Positions 63,991 through 64,000 of a stretch of DNA of 64,000 bases are shown here, piece by piece. A model generated the notes under the pieces. The model did no database searches. It was not told where the DNA came from and saw nothing but the letters and a program-made list of their open reading frames with translations. The DNA is from Octopus sinensis (lineage: Eukaryota). A program made the translations under genes and the position numbers. The stretch covers positions 40,176,001 to 40,240,000 of the forward strand of contig NC_043004.1 of assembly GCF_006345805.1 (NCBI RefSeq), in the 5' to 3' direction. The first letter of the stretch is position 1; each line of letters starts with the position of its first letter.

Positions 63991-64000
63991 AGCTGAATAA

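Overview
AT-rich (microsatellite-saturated) eukaryotic DNA. The SINE repertoire and the TA/CA/TAGA/triplet repeats strongly suggest an octopus (cephalopod) genome; this is inferred from recognised repeat sequences, not from a search. I found no confidently identifiable host protein-coding exon, and most ORFs in the supplied track are translated microsatellites. The window is a nested transposon landscape: several tRNA-headed SINE families, a GG-terminated MITE family with 8-bp TSDs and internal TTAGGG repeats, hAT MITEs, a near-complete DD34D mariner, a maT-like fossil, R4/Dong-like and CR1-like LINE fragments, a Gypsy integrase fossil, two Penelope-like (PLE, GIY-YIG) fragments, tRNA-Asp and 5S rRNA pseudogenes, two young tandem duplications and a 2.2-kb CCAA-derived higher-order minisatellite. 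The most unusual signal is a set of type I hammerhead-ribozyme folds from apparently different families (37.9, 40.6, 53.4, 55.1 and 61.5 kb). Their catalytic-core positions 3 and 8 appear to covary (C:G, G:C, U:A, U.G). One is a back-to-back pair in a ~125-bp-arm palindrome and one sits in the tail of a tRNA-headed SINE. All ribozyme folds were derived by eye and are untested.
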